A program made the translations under genes and the position numbers. This document shows, in pieces, positions 29,389 to 39,561 of a stretch of 64,000 bases of DNA. The stretch comes from Candidatus Velthaea sp. (lineage in GTDB: Bacteria > Vulcanimicrobiota > Vulcanimicrobiia > Vulcanimicrobiales > Vulcanimicrobiaceae): NCBI GenBank assembly GCA_965214935.1, contig CBDCCS010000010.1, positions 128,001 to 192,000 of the forward strand, written 5' to 3'. Every line of letters begins with the position of its first letter. The stretch's first letter is position 1. The notes under the pieces are model-generated. The model saw only the letters and a program-made list of their open reading frames with translations. It was not told where the DNA came from and did no database searches.

Positions 29389-32300
29389 CTATGGGTGTGT
29401 GCCCGCGACTGCCGGTTTCGCTGCTTGAGCCGGGACGATCCGTCCGAACGAGCGGCGCAATCGCGCCCCGAACTCATCGATGATGATATACATGGCGGGC
29501 ACGACCACGAGGTTGACGACCGTCGAAACGAGCATGCCGCCGATAACGGCGGTACCCAACGAGTGACGGCTGGCGGACCCCGCCCCGCTGGCGAAAACCA
29601 GCGGCAATAGACCGGCGATGAAAGCAATCGAGGTCATCAGGATCGGACGCAATCGTGTCTGCGCCGCGGCAACGACCGCCGCCTGAGGCGACTTGCCCGT
29701 CGTGCGCTGCTGAATGGAAAACTCGACGATGAGGATCGCGTTCTTGGCGGCCAGCCCGATGAGCATGACGAAACCGATCTGCGCGTAGACGTCGCTCGTG
29801 ATGTGCGTGAGCAGCAAAAAGCCGACGGCTCCGAGCAATGCCGCGGGCACCGAGAGCAAAATTACGAACGGATCGCCCAGATTCTCGTAGAGCGCGGCAA
29901 GAACGAGATACACGATCACGAGTGCGATCGTAAAAATCAAGAGCGCGGCAGTCCCCGATTGCGTCTCGTCGAGCGAGATACCGGTCCACGCATAGTGATA
30001 ACGCGATGCGTCGAGGTGCGTCGTGAGTTTCTCCATCGCCGCAATCGCTTGTCCGGTGCTTTTTCCCGGCGCCTGACTTCCCTGAATTTCGACCGATCGA
30101 TATAAATTGTAGTGCGTGATCGCGGGCGAGCCGATACCGCGCGAAACGTTGACCAGGCTGGCGAGCGGTATGGTCGCCGCGCCCGAGCCGATCGATGCTG
30201 CGGTTGTGGTCGCGGTGCTCGAACCCAGCAACCGCGGCAGCGTGCCCGCCGGCGTACCGGCCGATAGATTCGGGACGAAGACGCCGCTGACATCAAGGGC
30301 GTCTTTGCGATACGGCGCATCGTTTTGCACGTACACGCGATACGTTCGGTTCAGGTACGTAAAATTATTGACGTACGTGCTGCCCAGCGCTGTCGATAGA
30401 TCGCTGAAGACGTCGGGAATTTTGGCGCCGAGCTGTTCGACTTCGGAGCGGTTCACGACGGCATTGATCTGCGGACCGTTCGCGCGAAACGTCGTGTACA
30501 CACGTGCGAGATTCGGATCGCCGTTTGCCGCGCCGATGAGTGCGCCGCTTGCCGCGCCGAGTTCGCTCAGTGGTCCGGATTGATAATCTTCAAGCTCGAA
30601 GTCGAAGCCGCCGCTGGTTCCAAGACCTTGAATCGACGGCGGATTGATCAGTACGACCGAGGCTTTCGCAATCTGCATTGCCGCGGGAGTCAGCGCCTCA
30701 ATAATGCCTGGCGCGGAGTTCGGCGAGCCTTTGCGCTCGCCCCACGGTTTAAGCAGGATGAAAACGATGGCTTGATTCGTTGCCGCACCGTTAAACGAAT
30801 AGCCGCCGACGGCGAAAACATGCGCGACGTTCGGATTGCGAAATGCTTGGCTTTCGAGTTGCGTGATAGCAGCGTTGGTGACATTGAGCGAAGCACCGTC
30901 CGGCGCTTGCAGCGCCGCAAAAATCGCGCCTTGGTCCTCGTCCGGCAAAAAACCGCTGGGCGTCGCTTTGAACAGCACGAACGTCAACACGAGTAAGACC
31001 GCAAGCCCGCCGGCGACGAGGTACCGCAAGCGCACGACGGCGGTCAGCAAGCTGCCGTAAGCGGACGTGAGCCAGGCCAGTCCGTCGTTGAATTTGCGGA
31101 AGAGGATGAAGCGCGGTTGCTCTTCACCGCCCATGACCAATGACGCCAGCGCCGGAGTCAAGGTTAAAGCGAGTATCGCCGACAGTGCAATCGAAAAGGC
31201 TATCGTCAAGGCGAACTGCTTATAAATAGCGCCGGTTACACCGGGCACGAGCGCTGTCGGTATGAAGACCGCGAGCAGCACGACCGACGTCGCAATGACG
31301 GCGCCAACGATCTCATCGAGTCCTTTAACCGTCGATTCCCGCCGGTTTTGTGAAGCGTCCGCTTCACGCATCACGCGGGCGATGTTTTCGATCACCACGA
31401 TTGCGTCGTCGACCACCAGACCCGTCGCGAGCGTCAGCCCGAAGAGGACCAGCGTGTTGATCGAAAAGCCGAACGCCCAGACAAACATGAACGTGCCGAG
31501 CAGCGATATCGGAATGGTAATAACCGGAATGAGCGTCGTGCGCCAGTCTTGGAGAAACAGAAAAATCGTTGCAACCACCAGCGCGATTGCGATGAGCAGC
31601 GTGATGATTACCTCACGCAGCGATTCGCTGACGAAGAGGGTGGTGTCGTAAGGAACGCTGTAATCGACGCCCGCCGGAAACGTCGGCTTGAGGCGGTCGA
31701 GCGTCGCACGCACGCCGCCGGCAACGGCGATGGCGTTGGCACCGGAGTTGAGTTGGATGCCGATGCCCAGCGCCGTCGTGCGGTCGTATTGCAGCGTCGT
31801 CGTGTAATCTTGCGCCCCAAGCTCGACGCGGGCGACCTGCGAGAGTCGCACGATCGAGCCGCTCGGGCCGTGCTTGACGACGATCGCGCCGAATGAGGCC
31901 GCATCGGCAAGTTGCCCCGGCACATGAACGTTGATGGTGCTGGTTTGCTGCGATGGTCCCGGTTCCGCGCCCACCGAGCCCGCCGAAACCTGGACGTTTT
32001 GATTGGCAACGGCCAAGGTGACGTCGCTTGCACCCAAGCCGTAGAACTGGAGCTTGCGCGGATCGAGCCAAATGCGCATTGCGTAGCGGCGTTCACCAAA
32101 GATGAGCACGTTGCTCACGCCGGCCACGCGCAGTAGCGGATCTTTGATCGTACGGTCTAGGAAATTGCTTAGCGCGAGCGGCGATTCATTTGCATTGCGC
32201 GACGTAAAGGCGATCGCCATGAGGAAACCGCCCGACGATTTGGTGATCTGCGTGCCGGTTTGAATAACTGCCGCGGGTAATTCGCCTTGCGCGTTCTGAA

Positions 32301-32631
32301 CGCGATTCTGGACATCGACCGCCGCTGCATCGATGCTGCGCGAAGCATCAAAGGTCAGGGTAATCGTCGACACGCCGGCGTTCGAGGACGTCGAGGACAT
32401 GTATTGCAGGCCTTGCACGCCGTTGATTTGTTCTTCGAGCGGATTCGTTACGGCCGCCTCGACCGTTGCGGCATCGGCACCGATATAGGTGCTCGTCACG
32501 GTAACGGTCGGCGGTGTAATCTGCGGATACTGTGCGATCGGCAACGTCGGGATCGATGCCAACCCGCCGAGTAAAATGAGCGCCGCGATGACGCTTGAGA
32601 GAATCGGGCGCTCGACGAAGAGACGCAGCAT
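29389..32631 (-). CDS. RND efflux transporter permease subunit (AcrB/HAE1 family)
   Basis: LPIAQYPQITPP, GLVVDDAIVVIEN, AAKNAILIVEF, RLRPILMTS. Confidence 0.96.
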   Translation of the reverse strand: MLRLFVERPILSSVIAALILLGGLASIPTLPIAQYPQITPPTVTVTSTYIGADAATVEAAVTNPLEEQINGVQGLQYMSSTSSNAGVSTITLTFDASRSIDAAAVDVQNRVQNAQGELPAAVIQTGTQITKSSGGFLMAIAFTSRNANESPLALSNFLDRTIKDPLLRVAGVSNVLIFGERRYAMRIWLDPRKLQFYGLGASDVTLAVANQNVQVSAGSVGAEPGPSQQTSTINVHVPGQLADAASFGAIVVKHGPSGSIVRLSQVARVELGAQDYTTTLQYDRTTALGIGIQLNSGANAIAVAGGVRATLDRLKPTFPAGVDYSVPYDTTLFVSESLREVIITLLIAIALVVATIFLFLQDWRTTLIPVITIPISLLGTFMFVWAFGFSINTLVLFGLTLATGLVVDDAIVVIENIARVMREADASQNRRESTVKGLDEIVGAVIATSVVLLAVFIPTALVPGVTGAIYKQFALTIAFSIALSAILALTLTPALASLVMGGEEQPRFILFRKFNDGLAWLTSAYGSLLTAVVRLRYLVAGGLAVLLVLTFVLFKATPSGFLPDEDQGAIFAALQAPDGASLNVTNAAITQLESQAFRNPNVAHVFAVGGYSFNGAATNQAIVFILLKPWGERKGSPNSAPGIIEALTPAAMQIAKASVVLINPPSIQGLGTSGGFDFELEDYQSGPLSELGAASGALIGAANGDPNLARVYTTFRANGPQINAVVNRSEVEQLGAKIPDVFSDLSTALGSTYVNNFTYLNRTYRVYVQNDAPYRKDALDVSGVFVPNLSAGTPAGTLPRLLGSSTATTTAASIGSGAATIPLASLVNVSRGIGSPAITHYNLYRSVEIQGSQAPGKSTGQAIAAMEKLTTHLDASRYHYAWTGISLDETQSGTAALLIFTIALVIVYLVLAALYENLGDPFVILLSVPAALLGAVGFLLLTHITSDVYAQIGFVMLIGLAAKNAILIVEFSIQQRTTGKSPQAAVVAAAQTRLRPILMTSIAFIAGLLPLVFASGAGSASRHSLGTAVIGGMLVSTVVNLVVVPAMYIIIDEFGARLRRSFGRIVPAQAAKPAVAGTHP

Positions 32632-33983
32632 CAGTGCGCTCCGGCGGGCGCGCCCGCAGCGGGGGGCGCCGCGCCGGGCAGCACGATTGCCGAACCATCT
32701 TGAAGTCCGCTGGGCGGCGAGGTTACGATCGTCGTTCCGGCGCGCAGACCGCGTCCGGTAATTTCGACCGCCGAATCCGTTTGCAGACCCGGACGCACCC
32801 GCACGCTTTCAACCTTGCCTTTAACGGTGGTAAATACGCTAGTCATCGCCGTGCCGGTGCCGATGAGCGCCGCGCTCGGCACGATGAGTACGCCGGCATG
32901 ACGTGCCCGTAGCGTCGTCACCGTCACGAACATCCCCCCGCGCAACGCGAGGTCGGCGTTGGGCTGCAACAACCGAATGCGGTAGCTGAGCGTGCCGGCC
33001 GTCGGTGTCGTATTGATATCGAAGATGTGGCCGCGGAACGAGCGTCCGGCGATACTTAGAGACGTGAACGTAACGACTTTGCCGCGCGCGACCGTGGACA
33101 GATCGACATCGGGAACGTTGGCCACGACGTAGACGCGCGAAACCTGGGCGAGCTCGAAGATGCCGCTGCTGGGGCCGGCGTAAGCGCCGGGGTCGAGCAG
33201 CCGTTGCGTGACCTGGCCGTCGAAGGGCGCGACGATCGACGACTGCGTAATTTGCGCAGCAAGCAATTCGACATTCGCCCGTGCGACGTCGGTGCCGGCG
33301 GCATTCTGAGCGATCGTTGCTTGATCTTCACTGCGCAGGCGCGTGTTACTGAGCGCCGTGCGCAGCGCCGCCTCCTGGCCGCGCACCGCTTGACGCGTGC
33401 TGCGTAGCGTCTCGAGCGACGAAACGTACGTTGCGCGCACTTGTTCGTACGTTTCGCGCGATACGTACCCTTGGGCCAGCAGGTCGCGGTCGGCTTTTTG
33501 CGTTAGCGCATTTGAGGTTACTGCGGCGCGTGCGGTTCGCACGCTATTTTCGGCGGCGGCGACATTCTGTTGCGCCGTCGAGACCGCCGAACTATACTGC
33601 TGCGAATTGATCGGCGCGGCGACGCTGCTATGCTCGAGTTGCGCTTGCTCTTCGCGCACGGTCGCTACGTTTGCTTTGAGCGATGCGCGCAACTACGAGG
33701 TGTCGAGCGTCGCGAGTACCTGACCGCGGTGCACGAAATCCCCCTCGGTCGCGTCGACCGAAGCGACGGTTCCGGCCTGCGAGGTACTTAAGGTGGTTTG
33801 AAAGACCGGCGTAATTTGCCCGTCGAACGATGCATACGTCGAAATGGTACCGCGCGAAATTTTTGCGGTGGCGACACTGACGGGTGGCGGGCCTTTCGGC
33901 TGCGGTGCGGCCTGCGCTACGCAACCGCCGAGCGTGCTCAGGCCGATGAGGTACATGAACGACCGAAACTTGCACGTTAGCAT
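32631..33983 (-). pseudogene. RND periplasmic adaptor (MFP) lipoprotein interrupted by in-frame TAG at 33693-33695
   Basis: AGGAAG SD and ATG 33983, lipobox LGGC; biotinyl half EGDFVHRGQVLATLDTS*LRASL continues in the same frame to IVAPFDG and the C-terminal beta domains. Confidence 0.85.
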
Positions 33984-34580
33984 AGACTTCCTAAACCGAA
34001 GTGCTCTACGCCGGCGCAGGCCGGCACAGAACGTTGGCGAGGTACGCGGCCGCAGCGACACGGAACATGCGAGATGAAATGGATTCGGGCAAGCTGGACG
34101 CGGCCGTGACCGTGGCACCGCGCTTCCAGCATGCCGCAACAGCGTAACGAGATGCCGGCCTCGGCACCATCGTTGAAAAGCGGGATGGCGCTCTACGAAG
34201 TCGCAGCGCACGGTCGACGTCGGCGTCGGATGCTGAGCCGAACGGCTCTAATGACTCGCGCGCTCAACAGGAGTGACGGCCAGTCCGCGACCGTCGAGCG
34301 CGTGCCGCGCGTTGAATGCAAAATCGGAACGCAGTACGGCAAAGATTGCAGCAAAGCGCTACGATCATGGTCCGGCGGGCTCACTGCAAGCGCCGAAGAC
34401 GGCTGTTAAGCGGCCCGGCCGAGCTACACGCTGACTAGAGGCAACGTTGCCGCTCCGTCGATACTAACTCGAACAAGATCGGCCGAGCGTCATCGTTTTT
34501 GGCCGTTCGCGCCGCCGGTGCGAGCCACGTCATAGGGCCACAGATTCGATGCGCCGGTGGTGCGTTCGGGGGCTTTCGGG

Positions 34581-35612
34581 TCAGGCGGCCGACGAGGTTT
34601 GCGTCGAGCGCAAGCGCTGTGCGTAAACGTTGATAATGAGCGCAGCAAGTAAGATCAAACCGCGAATGAGCACTTTGAGAAAACTATCGATCGAGATGTG
34701 ATCCAGACCATTGTTCAACACGCCGAGCACAAACAGGCCGACGATCGTGTTTCCGATCGAACCTTGGCCGCCGAACAGACTCGTCCCGCCGACGACGACG
34801 GCGGAAATCGAATCGAGCAAGTAGTTGTCGAATTCATTCTGTTGACCGCTACCGAGGTGAGCGACGCCGAGCATCCCGGCGATGCCCGAGCATACCGCGG
34901 AGATTACCATAACGCCACCGACGATGCGTTTGACGTTGACGCCGGAGTACTCCGCAGCTTCGCGATTGCCGCCGACCATGTAGACGTACCGCCCGAAGCG
35001 CGTATAAGTCAAAACCAGATGACCGATCAGCAGCGTAATTGCCGCGCAAATGACGATCCACGGCACCGGTCCGAGGCTGCCGTTGCCGAGCGTGGCGATA
35101 ATCGGCGGAACGTTGTACGCAATTTGCCCGCGCACGAGCAAGGCGGTGATGCCGTTGCCGATCTGCAGCATCGCCAGCGTCATGATGAACGACGGTATGC
35201 CGATGCGCGTGACGCCGAACGCGTTGACCAAACCAAGTGCGAAACACGATACGATCGACAGCACGATGGCCGCGAATGCCGATAGCGGTTTGTTGGCAAT
35301 GTTCGTGCTCGCGTCTTGCAAGGTAAAAAATGCCAACACGACGCCGGTGGTGTTCGCGATGCTTGCAACCGACAAGTCGATCTCGGCGCACAGAATGACG
35401 AACGTCAAGCCGACCGCAATAATGCCGGTGACGGATATCTGCGTCAAGATATTACCGAGATTATCGAACGTCGCGAACGACGGACTCGACAAGCAAAAGA
35501 AAACCACGAGGAACAACAGCGTCGCGAACGGCGCAATGTTCCGCAGTTGCCCGCGTAGCCAATTTCTCGCGCCGCCGCGCGCGGCCGGCTTGACGGTGTC
35601 CGTGGCGATCAT
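34581..35612 (-). CDS. Sugar/polyol ABC transporter permease (CUT2)
   Basis: AEIDLSVA, TRFGRYVYMVGGNREAAEYSG, LDSISAVVVGGTSL. Confidence 0.95.
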   Translation of the reverse strand: MIATDTVKPAARGGARNWLRGQLRNIAPFATLLFLVVFFCLSSPSFATFDNLGNILTQISVTGIIAVGLTFVILCAEIDLSVASIANTTGVVLAFFTLQDASTNIANKPLSAFAAIVLSIVSCFALGLVNAFGVTRIGIPSFIMTLAMLQIGNGITALLVRGQIAYNVPPIIATLGNGSLGPVPWIVICAAITLLIGHLVLTYTRFGRYVYMVGGNREAAEYSGVNVKRIVGGVMVISAVCSGIAGMLGVAHLGSGQQNEFDNYLLDSISAVVVGGTSLFGGQGSIGNTIVGLFVLGVLNNGLDHISIDSFLKVLIRGLILLAALIINVYAQRLRSTQTSSAA

Positions 35613-35619
35613 GTGTCTC

Positions 35620-37125
35620 CTACGCTGCGGCCAGCAAGCGGTCTTTGCTTACGTCTTCATTGACGAACTCGCGCACGATCGAGCCCTTTTTCATGACGAC
35701 GATGCGGTCGGCTAGCGACAAAACCGTTTCCGGTTCGGTTGAGACGACAATCACGCCGATACCCGAGTCGCGCAAACCGCGCACGATTTTCACCACATCG
35801 TCTTTCGCACCGACATCCATGCCGCGGGTCGGTTCGCACAAGACCAAGACTTTGGGCAGATACGCAAGCCAACGCGCGAGTGCAACCTTTTGCTGATTGC
35901 CGCCCGACAGCGTCCCTAACGGCAGATCGACTCGCGGTGGACGGATGTGCAATTGCGTGACATGCTCTTGTGCGATGCGGCGTTCGGACATCGGTCGCAG
36001 CAAGAGCGCCGACAGTCGTTCGAGGATACTGATCGAAACGTTCTTATACACCGGTTCAAGCGCGAAGAGCATGCTGCGGCGGCTCTCCGGCACGAGTGCG
36101 ATGCCGGCGCGCTTTGCGCCGGCAGTATTACGCGCGCGCAACACCTTCCCGTCAACGACGATCGAGCCGCCGTCGGGTGCGATTTTTCCGAACAACGCGC
36201 GCGCGAACTCAAGCTGCCCCGAACCCATGAATCCGTAAATTCCGAGAACTTCGCCCGCGTGAACGTTGAGCGAGACGTTTGCAAACGCCCCACTCTTGGT
36301 AAGGTCGCGCGATTCGAGGACGACGGCTGCCCCGGAGCGTTCGGTCAGCCGGCGTTCACCCAAGTAGCTCTCTTCGAGATCCTCATGTCCGGCGCCGATC
36401 ATCTGCTCGATGATCCAGAGTTTATCGACGTTGACCGCCGGAGTCGTGGCAATTTTGCGTCCGTTACGGAACACCGTAATGGAGTCGCAGATCGCCAGCA
36501 CGTCGTCGAGAAAATGCGAAATGAAAATGATGCTCTTGCCGCTCGCGCGCAAGCGCCGCAGGATCTCGAACAAGCGCTCGATCTCGGGCGGCGACAGCGC
36601 CGACGTCGGCTCGTCGAGAATGATAATCTCGGCCCCGGAAAACAGGACGCGGCCGAGTTCGATGAGTTGCTGCACGCCGAGCGGCAGCGAGCCCATCGTT
36701 GCGCGGACGTCGACTTCGATGCCTAAGCGCGAAAGCTGCGCGCGCGCTTCGCGAAACATTTCGGACCAATTCACGAGGCCGGCCCGATTGAGCGGCTGAA
36801 CGCCGAGAAACACGTTCTCGGCAACCGTCAGTTCGGGTACGACGCTGAGTTCCTGATGCACCATGCCGATACCGGCGGCGAGCGCGTCGCTGGCCGAGCG
36901 AAACGTGACCTTGCGGCCGTTAACGCGCATCGTTCCGGCGTGTTCGGAATGGACGCCCGCGATGATTTTCATCAGCGTGCTCTTACCGGCGCCGTTTTCG
37001 CCGACGAGTCCGTGGATCTCACCGGCCTGCAGCGTGAAATCAACATCGCGCAAAGCAACGACACCGCCGAACGTCTTCCCGATTCCCGTCATTTCAAGAA
37101 CGTTCGGCTGGTCCGCTAAGGTCAT
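35620..37125 (-). CDS. Sugar ABC transporter ATP-binding protein (RbsA-like, two NBDs)
   Basis: GENGAGKST, LDEPTSAL, LSGGNQQK. Confidence 0.96.
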   Translation of the reverse strand: MTLADQPNVLEMTGIGKTFGGVVALRDVDFTLQAGEIHGLVGENGAGKSTLMKIIAGVHSEHAGTMRVNGRKVTFRSASDALAAGIGMVHQELSVVPELTVAENVFLGVQPLNRAGLVNWSEMFREARAQLSRLGIEVDVRATMGSLPLGVQQLIELGRVLFSGAEIIILDEPTSALSPPEIERLFEILRRLRASGKSIIFISHFLDDVLAICDSITVFRNGRKIATTPAVNVDKLWIIEQMIGAGHEDLEESYLGERRLTERSGAAVVLESRDLTKSGAFANVSLNVHAGEVLGIYGFMGSGQLEFARALFGKIAPDGGSIVVDGKVLRARNTAGAKRAGIALVPESRRSMLFALEPVYKNVSISILERLSALLLRPMSERRIAQEHVTQLHIRPPRVDLPLGTLSGGNQQKVALARWLAYLPKVLVLCEPTRGMDVGAKDDVVKIVRGLRDSGIGVIVVSTEPETVLSLADRIVVMKKGSIVREFVNEDVSKDRLLAAA

Positions 37126-37152
37126 GCTCCAACTTTCAAAGACGGCGGGCGC

Positions 37153-38175
37153 TTAGATGAGGAAGTTTTGCTCCATCCACGCCATGCCCGCGGCGTTCGC
37201 TTTGGTCACGACGGGTCCATCCGTTATGATATTTTTCGGTATTCCGCCCGGTCCGGTTTTCTGACCGTTCATCACAGCCGCGACACCGGCAACGATGGCA
37301 CCGCCGTGAATGCGGCACGACGGGTTACGAACCGTTGCATGCATGTGACCCGCACTAACCGCGGCGAGTGCCGGCGGCATCGCGTCGCAGCCACCGATGA
37401 GAATGCTCGTTTTGCCGTGCGTCTTCATGACGTTATAAGCCGCAAGCGCCATGTCGTCGTTGTGAAAATAGGCCGCATCGATCTTGGGATATTTCGTAAC
37501 GAGCGTTTCCCAGATGCGCGCCGTTTTGGTAACGTCCCAATCGCCCGGCGTCGTATCGAGCACTTTTACGTTCGGATACTTTTTGATGACCGACATAAAG
37601 CCGCGTGCGCGACCTTGCGCGCCGGTATGTCCGAGCGCGCCCTGAGTCATCGTAATGTTGCCTTTGCCGCCGATTGCATCGACGAGCGCTTGGGTGACCG
37701 CTGCGCCCATGAACTCATTATCCGGAGCCAAAAAGCTGTGCACTTGAATCGAGTCGAGCGGTGCAATGAGCGTATCCATGTCGATGACCGGAATACCGGC
37801 GGCGATCATCTTATTGACCGGAGCCGTGAGCGTGCCGATACCGAACGCCTGGATGGCGACGAAGTCCCACTTCTGCGACGCCATGTTGTCGATCGCCGTG
37901 CGCTGCGACGTCGCGCTGAGCTGCCCGTCGAACCACGTAACATCGACGTTGTAGAGCCGCCCCCAAGCTTCGGCGGCTTGTTTGCCTTGAGCGCACCAGG
38001 TGGCTTGCAAACCGGCGTTCGAGAACGCGGCTTTGAGCGGCTTCGTCGATTTGCCCGTTGCCGACATCATGTCGGCGGCCATGATCGGATCGACTCCGAG
38101 TCCGCCCATGAACGCGGCGGCACCCGCGGTTGAAGCGGTCACCGTACGGATGAAATCGCGACGAGAATTGAACAT
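37153..38175 (-). CDS. Sugar/polyol ABC substrate-binding protein with Tat signal
   Basis: SRRDFIR twin-arginine motif; GIPVIDMD, APDNEFMG, HNDDMALAA; AAGGGG SD. Confidence 0.93.
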   Translation of the reverse strand: MFNSRRDFIRTVTASTAGAAAFMGGLGVDPIMAADMMSATGKSTKPLKAAFSNAGLQATWCAQGKQAAEAWGRLYNVDVTWFDGQLSATSQRTAIDNMASQKWDFVAIQAFGIGTLTAPVNKMIAAGIPVIDMDTLIAPLDSIQVHSFLAPDNEFMGAAVTQALVDAIGGKGNITMTQGALGHTGAQGRARGFMSVIKKYPNVKVLDTTPGDWDVTKTARIWETLVTKYPKIDAAYFHNDDMALAAYNVMKTHGKTSILIGGCDAMPPALAAVSAGHMHATVRNPSCRIHGGAIVAGVAAVMNGQKTGPGGIPKNIITDGPVVTKANAAGMAWMEQNFLI

Positions 38176-38244
38176 ACGATCCCCTTCTAGAAGTGCGAGC
38201 GCGCAAGCGATGGACGCCTCAAAGATAAATCTTCCGGCTCCGAA

Positions 38245-38273
38245 TTGTACGGGTAAACGTTTTCATCGTACAA
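38245..38273. promoter_or_regulatory. Palindromic LacI/GalR-type operator upstream of the polyol ABC genes
   Basis: TTGTACG-GGT-AAACGTTT-TCAT-CGTACAA; the minus-strand core TGAAAACGTTTACC matches the LacI/cre pattern. Confidence 0.65.
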
Positions 38274-38478
38274 CCGAAATCCTGCGCTTGTCTGGATAGG
38301 GACGAAAGTCGCCCCTTGCGTGCGCGAAGCATTACCGGATCGGCACTTGCGCCGCGCCGTAGCAAACGCGCGCGACGCCAATGCGAAGCCGAAGAACGTC
38401 GACCTTCGGCTTGCTCCGAACGCACGACGTTGAGCGGGTCACGCTACCGTCCGCGTTCGTCGCGATCGTTTCTCGACG

Positions 38479-39552
38479 CTACGGAATAAGTATCGCTTTG
38501 ATCGAGCCGGTGCCGCCTTCCATCTTGGCAAAAGCCTCGGTAAATTGCGGCAGCGTGAAACGATCGGTGACGACGCCATCCATTTTTACGCTGCCGTCGG
38601 CGAGCCCGGCAATTGCCGCGGGATACATGCGCGCACCCAAATGCGCGCCGAGCACATCGAGTTCTTTCTCCTCACCGATGATGCTCCAGTCGACCGTTAC
38701 GGGTGCGCCGAAAACGCTGTACTCGAGAAACCGGCCGAGTTTGCGCAGCAGCATCAGACCCTGCTCGACGCCCTTGGGTGTTCCGGTCGCTTCGATATAC
38801 ACATCGCAGCCGTAGCCGCCGGTTAAGTTCGCGATTTCGGCGGCGACGTCGACTTCGCGCGGGTTGTAGACGATCGTTGCACCAAGAGCCTTGGCGAGCG
38901 CGAGCCGTTTATGATCGAGATCGAGAACAACAAGCGCGGCCGGCTTTTGGGCGAGTGCCGGGCCGATCATTCCGAGCCCGAGCGTGCCGGCACCGGCAAT
39001 GACGACGACATCGCCTTCTTCAACGCGCGCGCGTTCGACGGCATGAAAAGCACAGGCGAGGGGTTCGATGAGCACGGCAAGTTCGAGCGGCAGGTCGGGC
39101 GGCAATTTATGCACGATCGACTTTGCGGTAAACTTCATGAAGTCGGCCATGCCGCCGTTGACCTCGGGCTGAAAACCGAAAATGTTGTGAACCTCGCACA
39201 TCCAGTACGAACCTTTGAGACAAAAACGGCACTGCCCACACGGAACGATTTGCTCGGCAACGACCCGGTCTCCGATTGCTAAACCGCTGCTCGCCGCGCG
39301 TTCGTCGCTGCAATCCACAACCGTGCCGAAGAACTCATGGCCCGGAATAACCGGCGTCTTCACGAACGGTTTGCCGCCCGGCCGGCCCCAATAGCGTTCA
39401 GCACCGTGAAGCGTTTTCACATCCGACGTGCAGACGCCGCAAGCCTCGACTTTAATGAGTACCTCGCCCTTAGCAATCGCAGGCTTCGGAACTTCTTCGA
39501 GCCGGAAATCATTGATGCCGTGATTTACGACGGCTTGCATTGTGTCTGCCAT
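38479..39552 (-). CDS. eltD: Zn-dependent polyol dehydrogenase, erythritol/L-threitol dehydrogenase-like
   Basis: CGVCTSD, PGHEF, EQIVPCGQCRFC, GGYGCDVYIEATG, LRKLGRF.EYSVFG..VTVDWSIIG..KELDVLGAHLG, characteristic of EltD. Confidence 0.8.
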   Translation of the reverse strand: MADTMQAVVNHGINDFRLEEVPKPAIAKGEVLIKVEACGVCTSDVKTLHGAERYWGRPGGKPFVKTPVIPGHEFFGTVVDCSDERAASSGLAIGDRVVAEQIVPCGQCRFCLKGSYWMCEVHNIFGFQPEVNGGMADFMKFTAKSIVHKLPPDLPLELAVLIEPLACAFHAVERARVEEGDVVVIAGAGTLGLGMIGPALAQKPAALVVLDLDHKRLALAKALGATIVYNPREVDVAAEIANLTGGYGCDVYIEATGTPKGVEQGLMLLRKLGRFLEYSVFGAPVTVDWSIIGEEKELDVLGAHLGARMYPAAIAGLADGSVKMDGVVTDRFTLPQFTEAFAKMEGGTGSIKAILIP

Positions 39553-39561
39553 GACCCGGCG

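Noticed and set aside
33693..33695. Pyrrolysine or genome-wide amber recoding
   Set aside because: No pyl genes in the window, and TAG terminates other genes normally (e.g. 2005-2007, 4253-4255, 29389-29391).
38386..38412. AAGCCGAAG-N9-CTTCGGCTT hairpin downstream of eltD
   Set aside because: Lacks a U-tract, so it cannot be called an intrinsic terminator with confidence.
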